Shown here: piece by piece, positions 30,022-39,623 of the stretch
Layout of the letters: each line of letters starts with the position of its first letter
Position numbering within the stretch: position 1 is the first letter of the stretch
Source: Nitrososphaera sp.
Lineage (GTDB): Archaea > Thermoproteota > Nitrososphaeria > Nitrososphaerales > Nitrososphaeraceae
Length of the DNA stretch: 60,778 nt
Direction: 5' to 3'
Assembly (NCBI GenBank): GCA_035283265.1
Contig: DATEUD010000049.1
Coordinates: forward strand, 1-60,778
Position numbers and translations under genes: made by a program
The notes under the pieces: model-generated
The model's input: the letters and a program-made list of their open reading frames with translations, nothing else
Told to the model about the DNA's origin: nothing
Database searches by the model: none

Positions 30022-30597
30022 ATGCCGGTGTTCCAGCTTAACGCTCTTATTGATGCCCTTGAGGATCAGGGCTTTAGCTGCAGGACAGGCAGCATGGAGC
30101 TGGATGTGCACCCTATGAAGCGGCCGTATTTTGAGCGGTGGCTTTCGAACAAGGACGGCTTCCTCAGGGTGGCAAGCGGCAACGTCGATTTTGTTGGCGT
30201 AGAGGATGTGATGCGCATGGGGCCTTTCTATAACGTCTACTGCCTTGTGGAGAATGACTTTATCGTAGACACTGACGACAACGCCCACAAGCTGCTTGAC
30301 GCCGCGCCTTACTTTCAGCTGCATAACGGCAAGGTTGCAAGCATGGGATGGAGTGGCGGCGTGATTGCAAACGTGCTCGCAAAAGATATGGCCTTGTCGG
30401 AGGAATTTGCGCGCAACATCATGAAGGAAGCAGTGAAAGGAATAACAGTCAAGGCGGCCAACTATTGCTGCATCATTGAAACCCGGGCGTGGGAGCCGGC
30501 CGGGCTTGCGTCAGCTTTCAAGACAATAGACAGGATAGCGCACAATGTCAGGCGTCTGGTGAAGACGATACACCTTGGAGAATATGTGGATAAGTAA
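30022..30597 (+). CDS. Hypothetical protein
   Basis: Core-like codon usage; directly downstream of pepA. Confidence 0.75.
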   Translation: MPVFQLNALIDALEDQGFSCRTGSMELDVHPMKRPYFERWLSNKDGFLRVASGNVDFVGVEDVMRMGPFYNVYCLVENDFIVDTDDNAHKLLDAAPYFQLHNGKVASMGWSGGVIANVLAKDMALSEEFARNIMKEAVKGITVKAANYCCIIETRAWEPAGLASAFKTIDRIAHNVRRLVKTIHLGEYVDK

Positions 30598-30716
30598 GAT
30601 GCCAGCACTGCTGCTTCCCGACCGCTCACGCAGATCAGTAACACAGCAGCGACGACAGGTTTGACTTCCGGGTTCGGAATGGGACCGGGTCGCACCCTGC
30701 CGCTATGACCGGCTTA
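30598..30716 (-). rRNA. rrf: 5S rRNA (stand-alone)
   Basis: Revcomp GCCGGTCATAGCGGCAGGG...CCCATTCCGAACCCGGAAGTCAAACC...GCTGGC, canonical 5S. Confidence 0.95.
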
Positions 30717-30799
30717 CCCTGACATTTGCCAGAGGGCTAATTTAACTTTGCTCCCCACATGACCGATGACTTCAAAAGGGCAGCCATTATAGTTACGGC

Positions 30800-30949
30800 G
30801 TGTTTGGAAAGGCGAAATGCAAGGTCTGCGGAGACAAGGTGAGGCTTACGCTAAAGCATTTTTCAGACAAGCACAAGGAGCTCTATGATGCTGAAGTGGC
30901 CGGCAAGTTAAAGATGTCTGACTTTATGAGAAAATACTTTACCGATTAG
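30800..30949 (+). CDS. C2H2-like zinc-finger micro-protein (49 aa); not in ORF track
   Basis: MFGKAKCKVCGDKVRLTLKHFSDKHKELYDAEVAGKLKMSDFMRKYFTD*. Confidence 0.7.
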   Translation: MFGKAKCKVCGDKVRLTLKHFSDKHKELYDAEVAGKLKMSDFMRKYFTD

Positions 30950-31005
30950 CTTGCCAGGTTCAAGGGCATAGCTATATAACGCATTATTGTAAAAATTACA
31001 TGTAA

Positions 31006-32817
31006 TTGGGCAATTCTGAAGCAGAAAATACGCATCGGGTCGCGGTACTCGACGAGGAGCTGTGCCAGCCAAGGAAATGCGGGCTGGAGTGTATCATCTA
31101 CTGCCCAGTGAACAAGACCGGCGGCGCGTGCATTGTGCAGCGGCCGGAGGACAACAAGGCACTCATTTCCGAGGACCTGTGCACGGGCTGCGGCATCTGC
31201 ATAAAAAAGTGCCCCTTTGACGCGATAGTGATTGTCAACCTTGCAAAAGAGCTTTCCACGGACAAGGTCCACCAATACGGCATCAATTCCTTCCGGTTCT
31301 ACAGGCTGCCGATCCCGAAAAAGGGCGCAGTTGTCGGCCTTGTCGGGAGGAACGGCATGGGCAAGTCTACCATAGTCAACATCCTGTCTGGCAACATGAA
31401 GCCCAACCTCGGCAAGTACGAGCAGGACGTTTCGTGGGACGAAATTTTAAAGTATTTTCAGGGCACCGAGCTGAAATCACACTTTGACAAGATAGCGAAC
31501 GGCACGATGCGCGCCAGCATCAAGCCGCAACTGGTCTACCTTATCCCAAAGGCCTTCAAGGGGACGCCAAAAGAGCTCTTGAAGAAATATGACGAGCGCA
31601 AGGTCGCTGAAAAATTAGTGCAGCAATTGGGTCTGCAGAACATTCTGGACCGCGACATTGCGCAACTGAGCGGCGGCGAATTGCAAAGGCTTGCAGTTGC
31701 AGTCGCGGCCGCAAAGGACGCCGAATACTACTTTTTCGACGAGCCGTCCTCCTATAACGACGTCTACCAGCGCCTCGCAGTCGCCAAGGTGCTAAGAGAT
31801 TTGGCAGAGGAGGGCAAGAGCGTGATGGTAGTAGAACACGACATGACGCTTCTCGACTATCTTTCAGATTACATCCACCTCATTTACGGCGAGCCGGGGG
31901 CGTACGGCATCGTCTCAACCCTCCAGAGCACAAAGGTGGGCATCAACAACTTCCTTGAAGGGTTCCTGCCTGCTGAAAACGTGCGCTTCCGCGACAAGGC
32001 TTTCAAGTTCGATATCGCCGCGATAAACGAAGACGTCATTCTGGACATACCAACTGCCAGCTACTCTGACCTGAGAAAGTCGTTCCCGTCGTTCAAGCTT
32101 GAAATCATGGCCGGCAAGGTGAGGAAGGGCGAAATAGTCGGGATCGTGGGCGCAAACGCGCTCGGCAAGACGACGTTCATGCGCATGCTGGCCGGCGTCG
32201 ACAAGCCAGACTCCGGCACGATAGACGTCGGAGCTAGGATATCGTACAAGCCGCAATATTTGAATCAGGAATATGACGGCGACGTGCGATCCCTGATGTA
32301 TGCCGCTTACCAGAGTCCGATAGAGGGCTCTTCGGTGGAGGAGCAGATCATAATCCCCATGGGCGTCAAGAAGCTGTATGAAAAGAGCGTGAAGAACCTG
32401 AGCGGGGGCGAGCTGCAAAAGGTCGCAGTAGCTGCGTCGCTCCTGCGCGAAGCAGACATTTACGCGCTGGACGAGCCGTCTGCTTTTCTGGACGCAGAGG
32501 ATAGGATAGCCGTCGCAAAGTTCCTCCAGCGCTTTGTAAGGGCGCAGGGCAAGTCTGCAATCATTATCGACCACGACATGCAGCTGATCGACCTTGTAGC
32601 AGATACGATGGTGATTTTTGAGGGGCAGCCGGGCCTGCAAGGCTTTGCAACCGCGCCCATGAGAAAGGAAGAAGGCATGAATCGCTTCCTCAAGGCACTT
32701 TCAATTACGTACCGGCGCGACGAAACGACGGGCAGGCCGCGCGTCAACAAGGAAGCCGGTAGGCTCGACCGCGAGCAGAAACAATCGGGTAACTATTACT
32801 ACGTGAAGAATTCCTAA
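31006..32817 (+). CDS. Ribosome recycling ATPase ABCE1/Rli1
   Basis: N-terminal Fe-S cysteines; two ABC domains with LSGGELQ. Confidence 0.97.
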   Translation: MGNSEAENTHRVAVLDEELCQPRKCGLECIIYCPVNKTGGACIVQRPEDNKALISEDLCTGCGICIKKCPFDAIVIVNLAKELSTDKVHQYGINSFRFYRLPIPKKGAVVGLVGRNGMGKSTIVNILSGNMKPNLGKYEQDVSWDEILKYFQGTELKSHFDKIANGTMRASIKPQLVYLIPKAFKGTPKELLKKYDERKVAEKLVQQLGLQNILDRDIAQLSGGELQRLAVAVAAAKDAEYYFFDEPSSYNDVYQRLAVAKVLRDLAEEGKSVMVVEHDMTLLDYLSDYIHLIYGEPGAYGIVSTLQSTKVGINNFLEGFLPAENVRFRDKAFKFDIAAINEDVILDIPTASYSDLRKSFPSFKLEIMAGKVRKGEIVGIVGANALGKTTFMRMLAGVDKPDSGTIDVGARISYKPQYLNQEYDGDVRSLMYAAYQSPIEGSSVEEQIIIPMGVKKLYEKSVKNLSGGELQKVAVAASLLREADIYALDEPSAFLDAEDRIAVAKFLQRFVRAQGKSAIIIDHDMQLIDLVADTMVIFEGQPGLQGFATAPMRKEEGMNRFLKALSITYRRDETTGRPRVNKEAGRLDREQKQSGNYYYVKNS

Positions 32818-33659
32818 TGCCACACATGCTAAAACAGGTTCTTGGCAGCATTCTGACTCCAGAAGAAACCGCGCAGGTCTATTCCGCGTTTGACCAGATA
32901 GGCGACATTGTGATTATCAAGATCCCGGATGACCTAATGTCGAAAAAGAAGCTGATAGCCGACGCAATAATGGCCAACGTCAAGACAGCCAAGGCGGTTT
33001 TTGCGCAAGTCTCGCCCGTGAGAGGCGATTTCAGGGTCCGAGACCTGGAGTTCATTGCAGGCGAAAACAGGACGACCACGGAATACAAGGAGCATGCCTG
33101 CCGGTTCAAAGTCGATGTTGCAAGGACGTATTTCTCGCCCCGCCTGTCCACCGAAAGGCTCAGGATCGCCCGCATGGTGGGCGACAGCGAAACGATCGTC
33201 AACATGTTTGCCGGCGTGGGCACATACTCCGTCGTGATAGCAAAGGCAAACAAGACCTGTAGGGTCTACAGCATCGACTCGAATGCCGCTGCAAGCGAGC
33301 TCGACAGGGTCAATGCGAAACTTAACAAGGTGCAGGACAGGGTCGTCTCGATATGCGGCAATGCCGCAGAAGTGATAAAAGGTCAGCTTGCAGAGCATGC
33401 CGACCGTGTTCTTATGCCGCTGCCGGAAAAGGCCAAAGAGTTTGTCGATTCAGCGGTGCTTGCGCTGAAGGAAAAAGGCATCGTGCATTATTTTGCCCAC
33501 CTCAAGGCAGACAGCAAAAGGACAGGCCAAGAGCTCGGCCTGCATGACGCACACGCCGCTTTTGCAAAATATGATCATCAAGTTCTAGGGGTCAGGGTGG
33601 TCAGGGAAGTTGGCCCAAGAATATATCAGATCGTGGCCGACGTTTCAGTCAGGCGCTAG
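32817..33659 (+). CDS. Trm5/Taw2-family (Met-10+) tRNA SAM-dependent transferase
   Basis: IGDIVI, YFSPRLSTER, NMFAGVG, MPLP. Confidence 0.88.
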   Translation: MPHMLKQVLGSILTPEETAQVYSAFDQIGDIVIIKIPDDLMSKKKLIADAIMANVKTAKAVFAQVSPVRGDFRVRDLEFIAGENRTTTEYKEHACRFKVDVARTYFSPRLSTERLRIARMVGDSETIVNMFAGVGTYSVVIAKANKTCRVYSIDSNAAASELDRVNAKLNKVQDRVVSICGNAAEVIKGQLAEHADRVLMPLPEKAKEFVDSAVLALKEKGIVHYFAHLKADSKRTGQELGLHDAHAAFAKYDHQVLGVRVVREVGPRIYQIVADVSVRR

Positions 33660-33874
33660 GCCTTTTCTTCTTCCCTTGGCGCGGTGAGCATCGTATATCC
33701 AATCCACCCAAGCACGGTCAGGAGGACCGCCACTGCGCCTAGGACGGTGAACTGCAGCACCAGCATTCCCCACTTGCTGCCGAGCAGAAAGTAAGCGTAG
33801 GCAATGAACGCAAGAATGGAAATGACAAGGAGGGCTGCACCTGTTCCCCTGCTCCCCTTTCTTTTAACGTTCAT
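33656..33874 (-). CDS. Small two-TM membrane protein
   Basis: Two hydrophobic helices, WIGYTM. Confidence 0.7.
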   Translation of the reverse strand: MNVKRKGSRGTGAALLVISILAFIAYAYFLLGSKWGMLVLQFTVLGAVAVLLTVLGWIGYTMLTAPREEEKA

Positions 33875-33909
33875 AGCGGAAAGGCTCCTGCAGCATCTTA
33901 ATAATCTTT

Positions 33910-34407
33910 TTAGCTCAATTCCAGCGCCATGAGATAGGCGTCCTCGCCATCCCTGTAATACGAACGCAATCTGGATTTTATCTCAAAGTTCAGCCTCTCG
34001 TACATCTTGATTGCGCCGGTGTTGCTGACCCTCACTTCAAGGTAGATCTCGTCGCTCTTCCTGTGCATCACGCCATTGATGCCTTCAAGCATCAGAGCCT
34101 TGCCCAGGCCCTTGTTCCTGTGTTCCTCTAGCACGGCCACGGAAACGACGTGCCCTTTCTTGACAAAGCCCAGCTTGCGGAAGTTGGAGAACCCAAACTC
34201 GATCTTGCACATGATGTAGCCGATTGCTTTGCCGCCCAGCTCTGCGACGATAAATGCTTCTGGCAGCTCGCGCAGTATAGATTCGAAAAAGTAGTCAGAG
34301 TAGTGTTCTGGCAGCGCGGCCAGGTTGATGTCGATAACCGCCGTAAGGTCGCTCTCGTCGCAGCGGCGTACAACATAGTCGCCCACTTTTCGCAGAGCAG
34401 TTTGCAA
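33910..34407 (-). CDS. N-terminal acetyltransferase (Ard1/RimI GNAT)
   Basis: LPEHY, GHVVSVAV..HRNKGLG, LEVRVSN, YYRDGEDA. Confidence 0.92.
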   Translation of the reverse strand: MQTALRKVGDYVVRRCDESDLTAVIDINLAALPEHYSDYFFESILRELPEAFIVAELGGKAIGYIMCKIEFGFSNFRKLGFVKKGHVVSVAVLEEHRNKGLGKALMLEGINGVMHRKSDEIYLEVRVSNTGAIKMYERLNFEIKSRLRSYYRDGEDAYLMALELS

Positions 34408-34477
34408 AGCAACAACTAAAGACAGAAACACACTATTTAACCTTAAGGGTCTCTGCAGGGACAATATTTTAATTGCG

Positions 34478-35659
34478 TTGGCAATCAAGAGATGTTTGGT
34501 GGCAACTTCTTTCCTCAACGGCGACTATTCGTGCGTGCTTCCGATAGTCTCGTCGTTTTTTACGGTAAAGAACTTCCAGCGGAACACTAGGGAGGACTAT
34601 GTCCAGTTTCTGATAGCCGACTCTGAAGTCAAGGACAAGTTCCCGGCGCTCCTGAAGGAGCTTGGCAGGGTTGGAATGGTTGCAGCCGCAAAGAGGTCGA
34701 AATATGTCTCCCGGCTGATGCCCACTTTGTCGACGGTGCGGTTCTCGGTGGACGACGGCATCGTGCTCACGGTGGCCAAGGTGCCAAAGCAAAAACCAAG
34801 GAGCAAATACGGGCAGTCAGTACCGTTCCTGCTTTTCATTGCAGCGGTCTGCTTGGTATTTGTCGACGGCATACTTAGATCTGGCTCGCCACTTGCCAGA
34901 ACGCAGCTGGACCCGGTCTTGTTGGCAGCCATCTATACTATATCCTTGATGGGAATACTGGGCATACATGAGCTCGGACACGTACTGGCGAACAGGAAAT
35001 ACGGCATCAAGGCGTCGTGGCCCTACTTTATACCCGGTATTCCCGGTATTCTACCCACATTTGGGGCACTGATAGTGCTAAGGGCTAACATGACCAACAG
35101 GAATGTCATGTTTGATGTAGGCATCGCCGGCCCAATAGCGGGCCTGATAGTGACGATAATCGTGTCGATCTACGGCTCTACGATATCAACCATGATAACT
35201 ACCGAAGAAGCGCAAAGGCTGTTTGGAGAAAATGAACTGGCTACGCTTCCGTTTGGGGAAAGCTTGCTAATGGTGGCCACGCTTCACTTGACAGGCATGG
35301 TGGTAGAAGGCATGGTGCTTGTAATATCGCCGGTGCTATTTGCAGCCTGGCTTGGCTTTCTAATCACGTTTCTGAACCTGATGCCGGCGTGGCAGCTTGA
35401 CGGCGGCCACCTTGCGCGGTCCGCGCTGGGAGTGCGCTGGCACAAGGTGCTGACCTATGTCAGCATAGCAATGCTGTTCGCCCTCGGGTTCTTCCCCATG
35501 GCGCTATTGGTGCTGTTCTTCAGCCTCAGGGCACCGGAAAGCGCGCCACTTGATGATGTCACTCCACTCTCGTCAAAGCGCAAAGCACTCTTTTTCGTGG
35601 CGCTTGGGATCGCTGTGATATGCGCGCCAATTCCAACATCGCTTACGCCTTGGGCTTGA
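34478..35659 (+). CDS. Site-2 protease (M50)
   Basis: HELGH, AGP, NLMPAWQLDGGH. Confidence 0.92.
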   Translation: MAIKRCLVATSFLNGDYSCVLPIVSSFFTVKNFQRNTREDYVQFLIADSEVKDKFPALLKELGRVGMVAAAKRSKYVSRLMPTLSTVRFSVDDGIVLTVAKVPKQKPRSKYGQSVPFLLFIAAVCLVFVDGILRSGSPLARTQLDPVLLAAIYTISLMGILGIHELGHVLANRKYGIKASWPYFIPGIPGILPTFGALIVLRANMTNRNVMFDVGIAGPIAGLIVTIIVSIYGSTISTMITTEEAQRLFGENELATLPFGESLLMVATLHLTGMVVEGMVLVISPVLFAAWLGFLITFLNLMPAWQLDGGHLARSALGVRWHKVLTYVSIAMLFALGFFPMALLVLFFSLRAPESAPLDDVTPLSSKRKALFFVALGIAVICAPIPTSLTPWA

Positions 35660-36758
35660 GCAGGACAATGTCGGCGTCTGACAGGACGAGCGCCTTGAAA
35701 TTCTTGCCGTACTTTTCTGGCAGCTTGTCAAGTATGTCCTTCATGCCGGCGTAGGTGGAAAAGCCTAGCTTGCTGCTTGCATAATAGTGCGGCAGTGTGG
35801 AGACAAGCCCGAGCTCTAGTTTCTGCCGAAGCTCTTCGATAAATAACAAATGCTCGAGGCCGTCAATGTAGGGGCTCTGCTGCAGCTGCTCCGGCCCTAG
35901 CCGGCCTTCTATGAACATCTGGAGCGCCCCGCCCCCCACGCCTTCGCGGTTTTCCGCAACCAGTATCGCTGAGCCGCCCTCCTTCACTGCGTGGACAGAA
36001 TTCCAGAGCGAATTTAGCGAGCCGGCAAGAGTCGCGTGCGTGCCAGCTTCGCTGCTCGCGCTTATTATGGCGCACTTTACCGGGTCGGTCTCGACGGCCG
36101 AGATGGACTGGAGCTGCGAGATGGCCTTTTCAAATGCTTCGTTGATGCTTCCAGTGTGGACTCCGGCTATGCCGTCGCTGCTGGCCACGAGCTCGACGGA
36201 CGTAGCCGGGATGCTTGACGTTGCAGAAGCGGCTACCCTGAGCGGCCCTCCCTGCAGGCCGGGCGCTGGCCTGTTGTTCTTTCTTGCCTTGAAGGCTTCA
36301 GCCATCGAGTTGGCAAGCAGGTTGCGCAGGAGCGCGGTGGGCGCGCCGGCGAACCCAAATAGCGGGTCGTACCCAACAGTAGAAATCATGACGGTGCTCT
36401 GAAACTTTCCCATCCGATCCTGAAGTGAGTGGTAGTCGATGCGGTTTATCGAAATTGTTTCGTTGCCTGCCAGGCTGGCGCGGAGTGCGCTGGCCGCCCT
36501 GTGCGGCACGTCGACTGTGATATTGAGGCTCTTTTCGCGGACCTGCTCCGCAAGCATCGAAATGGCCTTGCCTGCGGCTTTTGAGTCTGACAGCGCGAGA
36601 ACAAGCATGTTGTTGGTCAGAGGCACGCTGGCGATCGCGGACCTGATTTCTTCCTCGGGCAACACCTGAAAAGTGGAAGAGATCTGGCTTGCCAGGTTTT
36701 CAAACCTGATTTCGAGCACCACGTCGGTGGTGCCGTACCTGAGCCATATTTCCGGCAT
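35643..36758 (-). CDS. Divergent LarA (lactate racemase)-fold-like protein
   Basis: N-terminal I.LRYG and C-terminal AVKEGGSAILVAE..EGVGG resemble LarA. Confidence 0.55.
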   Translation of the reverse strand: MPEIWLRYGTTDVVLEIRFENLASQISSTFQVLPEEEIRSAIASVPLTNNMLVLALSDSKAAGKAISMLAEQVREKSLNITVDVPHRAASALRASLAGNETISINRIDYHSLQDRMGKFQSTVMISTVGYDPLFGFAGAPTALLRNLLANSMAEAFKARKNNRPAPGLQGGPLRVAASATSSIPATSVELVASSDGIAGVHTGSINEAFEKAISQLQSISAVETDPVKCAIISASSEAGTHATLAGSLNSLWNSVHAVKEGGSAILVAENREGVGGGALQMFIEGRLGPEQLQQSPYIDGLEHLLFIEELRQKLELGLVSTLPHYYASSKLGFSTYAGMKDILDKLPEKYGKNFKALVLSDADIVLLKPKA

Positions 36759-36798
36759 CCAGTCTTGTCATGAAGGGTTAAAATAAATCCTTTCTTAC

Positions 36799-37437
36799 AT
36801 GTATGGTGTGCCCGCCAAGGACTTTATGCTCGAGTTCGCCTCATTCCTGCTCAAGAGCAATTCGCTGAGGTTCGGGGTGTTCACCCTTGCAAGCGGCAAG
36901 CAGAGCCCGTACTATATCGACCTGCGGGTCCTGCCAAGCTTTCCGGCGTATTTCCGGCTTGCGATAAGCGCGCTAAAGGACACTGTCACGAAAAACGTGG
37001 GTGAGTTTGACACGTTTGCGTCCGTGCCAACCTCCGGACTCGTGTTCGGCTCGGCCCTTGCCTACGAAATGTCCCGGCCCTTCATCTACGCCAGAAAGGA
37101 GTCAAAGGGGCATGGCACCGGCAAAACGATCGAGGGCTTCCTAAAATCCGGATCAAAAGTGGTCATAGTCGATGATGTCGCGACCACTGGCACGTCGGTC
37201 AGCAGTGCAGTCGAAACAATACGCGCCAATGGCGCGATTGTGGAAGACGTCGTGGCGCTTGTCAACAGGCACGAGGGGGCAGATGACCGGCTGAAAAAGA
37301 TGGGAGTAAGACTCCACGCCGTGGCAGGGATCAAAGACATCATAAGCGCGCTGTACAAGGCCGGGATGATAGATGAAAACGCGCTCGAGTCTGTTATGAA
37401 GCAAATGGCCGCGAAAGGCGAGTACGAAACAGACTAG
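36799..37437 (+). CDS. pyrE: Orotate phosphoribosyltransferase
   Basis: FTLASGKQSPYYIDLR, RKESKGHG, VDDVATTG. Confidence 0.95.
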   Translation: MYGVPAKDFMLEFASFLLKSNSLRFGVFTLASGKQSPYYIDLRVLPSFPAYFRLAISALKDTVTKNVGEFDTFASVPTSGLVFGSALAYEMSRPFIYARKESKGHGTGKTIEGFLKSGSKVVIVDDVATTGTSVSSAVETIRANGAIVEDVVALVNRHEGADDRLKKMGVRLHAVAGIKDIISALYKAGMIDENALESVMKQMAAKGEYETD

Positions 37438-37997
37438 CCTTCGTATATCATCAGGTTCTTTTCTTCAAGAAGCGTGTGCAGGTTGTGCACTGCACGGTAA
37501 ACCTCGCTTTCCTTCTTGGCGCCCGTGCATACCAGTTTGCCGCTGGCAAACAGCAGGATTACCGTCTTTGGGTCCAGCATCCTGTGAATCAGGCCGGGGA
37601 ACTGCTCGGGCTCGTACATGCTCCTTGGCAGCACCCTTGCGGCCAGCTCCAAGTGTATCTTGCCCCCGAGGCTTGCTGATGCCACGATGTTCTGGATTTC
37701 AATCTGTGGTTCGTGCTCGAGCGGTATGCCTCCCTTTTTCAGCTTCAAGACTACGTTCTTGACTGCCTGAATTGCCATCTTTTCAGACTTTGCGCCGGTG
37801 CAGACCATCTTGCCTGAGCTGAATATCAGGGTTGCAGTCTTTGGCGACCTGAGCCTGAACACCAAGCCGGGGAACTGGTCTGGGTGGTATTCCACATCAG
37901 GAAAAATCTGGGTAATGAGATTAAGGTTGACAGTTTGGTTCACGGTAGCAGAAGCTACAACGTTCTCGATGCTGACGATAGGCTTGGTCTGCGGCAT
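37434..37997 (-). CDS. tbp: TATA-box-binding protein
   Basis: Duplicated IENVVAS/IQNIVAS, Y.P.QFPGL, F.SGK.VCTGAK. Confidence 0.97.
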   Translation of the reverse strand: MPQTKPIVSIENVVASATVNQTVNLNLITQIFPDVEYHPDQFPGLVFRLRSPKTATLIFSSGKMVCTGAKSEKMAIQAVKNVVLKLKKGGIPLEHEPQIEIQNIVASASLGGKIHLELAARVLPRSMYEPEQFPGLIHRMLDPKTVILLFASGKLVCTGAKKESEVYRAVHNLHTLLEEKNLMIYEG

Positions 37998-38554
37998 TAC
38001 ATGCCGCTTTATAAAGGCGCTATATATATACCTGCTTGCTACCATATCATAGTAGAATTAATCTGCACCATTGAAATCTTATGCAAATTATGCCAAATAA
38101 ATTGCAATAAATACAATTCACACGCAGCTATTCGCCTATTACCTTTACACGCACCAGCTTTTGCCGCCTGCCGTCAAACTCGCCGTAAAATATCTGCTTT
38201 GCGATGGATAATAACCCGTACATGGTTACAAAAATGGACTTGGTAGAATAAAGCGCCGATTTGTAGCCCGCAATCGGTCGCAATTTGGATTGGTCAATTT
38301 CTTCAATAATGTGCTAAATATCATAATAGAAATGTCATATATTCTAGTATTGCTTATATTATTATCTCATTATGCAACATTATGCAAAGAAATGCCTTAT
38401 ATATTATAAGAATCAAATACTGTGTATTTATATATAAACGACCAAAATACGACGCTAAAACCTTATACTATTAGTCATACTATAGTAGGACGAAGGCCAT
38501 GAATTTCAGAGATTTGCTAATAATGCTCCATTAAAGATACGGCGTGTCTTTATT

Positions 38555-38656
38555 TCAGGTTAATGATGTGGGTCGCAAGCTAGAGCTGGAGTTGATGTTG
38601 ATAAACGCGCATCTAGTCGGCGTGTCGAACGTAAGGTAGGCCGTCTTGGACTTCAT
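38555..38656 (-). pseudogene. Truncated 5' remnant of a YjbQ/UPF0047-family gene
   Basis: MKSKTAYLTFDTPTRCAFINI then frameshift; start overlaps the signal peptidase stop. Confidence 0.5.
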
Positions 38657-39213
38657 CATGCCGGCGGCTGACTCTTATTATCTATTCCTGCCGGTGCCGC
38701 GCCCTTATCCTTTCTGCCTAGCCTGTTGAAGAACAGGATCGCAAGGATTATCGCTATTATGATATAGTTGACGGGGGGGCTGATGACCTTGGTTATGACC
38801 CCGATGCCGGGCACGACGTAAACTACCTTGCCGATGTAGTCGTCTTCTTTGATCGGATAGTCAGTCCCGGGTATCGGAGAGGGGTTTGCATCTCCTTTTG
38901 TCCTGATCGTCCTGTCGCCGTCCGCATCTTCATCGATTTCAATTATGCGGTGGACAATGACCCTGTCGCCTCCGTCGGGCCTGTTGAATACAATGATGGC
39001 GCCCACCTTAAGCTCGGCCCACGATCCGCCGTCCCTCACAATGAGAACGTCGTTGATCTGGAGCACCGGCTCCATGCTGCCGCTGGACACGACGTAGAAC
39101 GGGTTGGAGCCAAAGCTTACCCAGATGACCAGCCAGACTACAAGAACGCCGACGCCAATGATGACAACATCTTTGATGGCGACCGGCAGCTTGGACTTGT
39201 CTTTATCCAGCAA
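38656..39213 (-). CDS. Signal peptidase I (archaeal S26B/Sec11 type)
   Basis: VSSGSMEP, IVHR, TKGDAN. Confidence 0.93.
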   Translation of the reverse strand: MLDKDKSKLPVAIKDVVIIGVGVLVVWLVIWVSFGSNPFYVVSSGSMEPVLQINDVLIVRDGGSWAELKVGAIIVFNRPDGGDRVIVHRIIEIDEDADGDRTIRTKGDANPSPIPGTDYPIKEDDYIGKVVYVVPGIGVITKVISPPVNYIIIAIILAILFFNRLGRKDKGAAPAGIDNKSQPPA

Positions 39214-39260
39214 CGCGGAAAATAATCATGCCGTTCGTTAGATAAACGTTTACTCGCATA

Positions 39261-39554
39261 TTAGCGCAGGTCGAGCTCTTTCATTATCGACATGCGAAGC
39301 CGCGGCATTCTAACCATCATTATCGACAGAATGTCCGCAGTTTCGTCCCTGTCAGGCTGCCTACCATTCCTGCTCTGGAACTGTGCGATGAAGTTGCCCA
39401 TCACCATGCCGGAGACAAGGCCGTAGGCGAAATCCTCAATATTCCCCTGCGTGGGCACCATCTTGCGCGCCAGCCCTATCGGCACTTTCGGGTCGCGCGC
39501 CGCCGCCTTGATAAGCGATTCCAGCTCATGCCTATCGTCGTTTGCCAGTCCCAA
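39261..39554 (-). CDS. Hypothetical protein
   Basis: Core-like codon usage. Confidence 0.7.
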   Translation of the reverse strand: MGLANDDRHELESLIKAAARDPKVPIGLARKMVPTQGNIEDFAYGLVSGMVMGNFIAQFQSRNGRQPDRDETADILSIMMVRMPRLRMSIMKELDLR

Positions 39555-39623
39555 TCGATATAGTGTCCGCCTTTCAGGTAATAATGCTAGCTTTTTTAAA
39601 TGGCTGTATTGTAGGTGTTCTGA

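Noticed and set aside
37998-38550. AT-rich region as a replication origin
   Set aside because: No ORB-like G-string repeats and no adjacent cdc6/orc1
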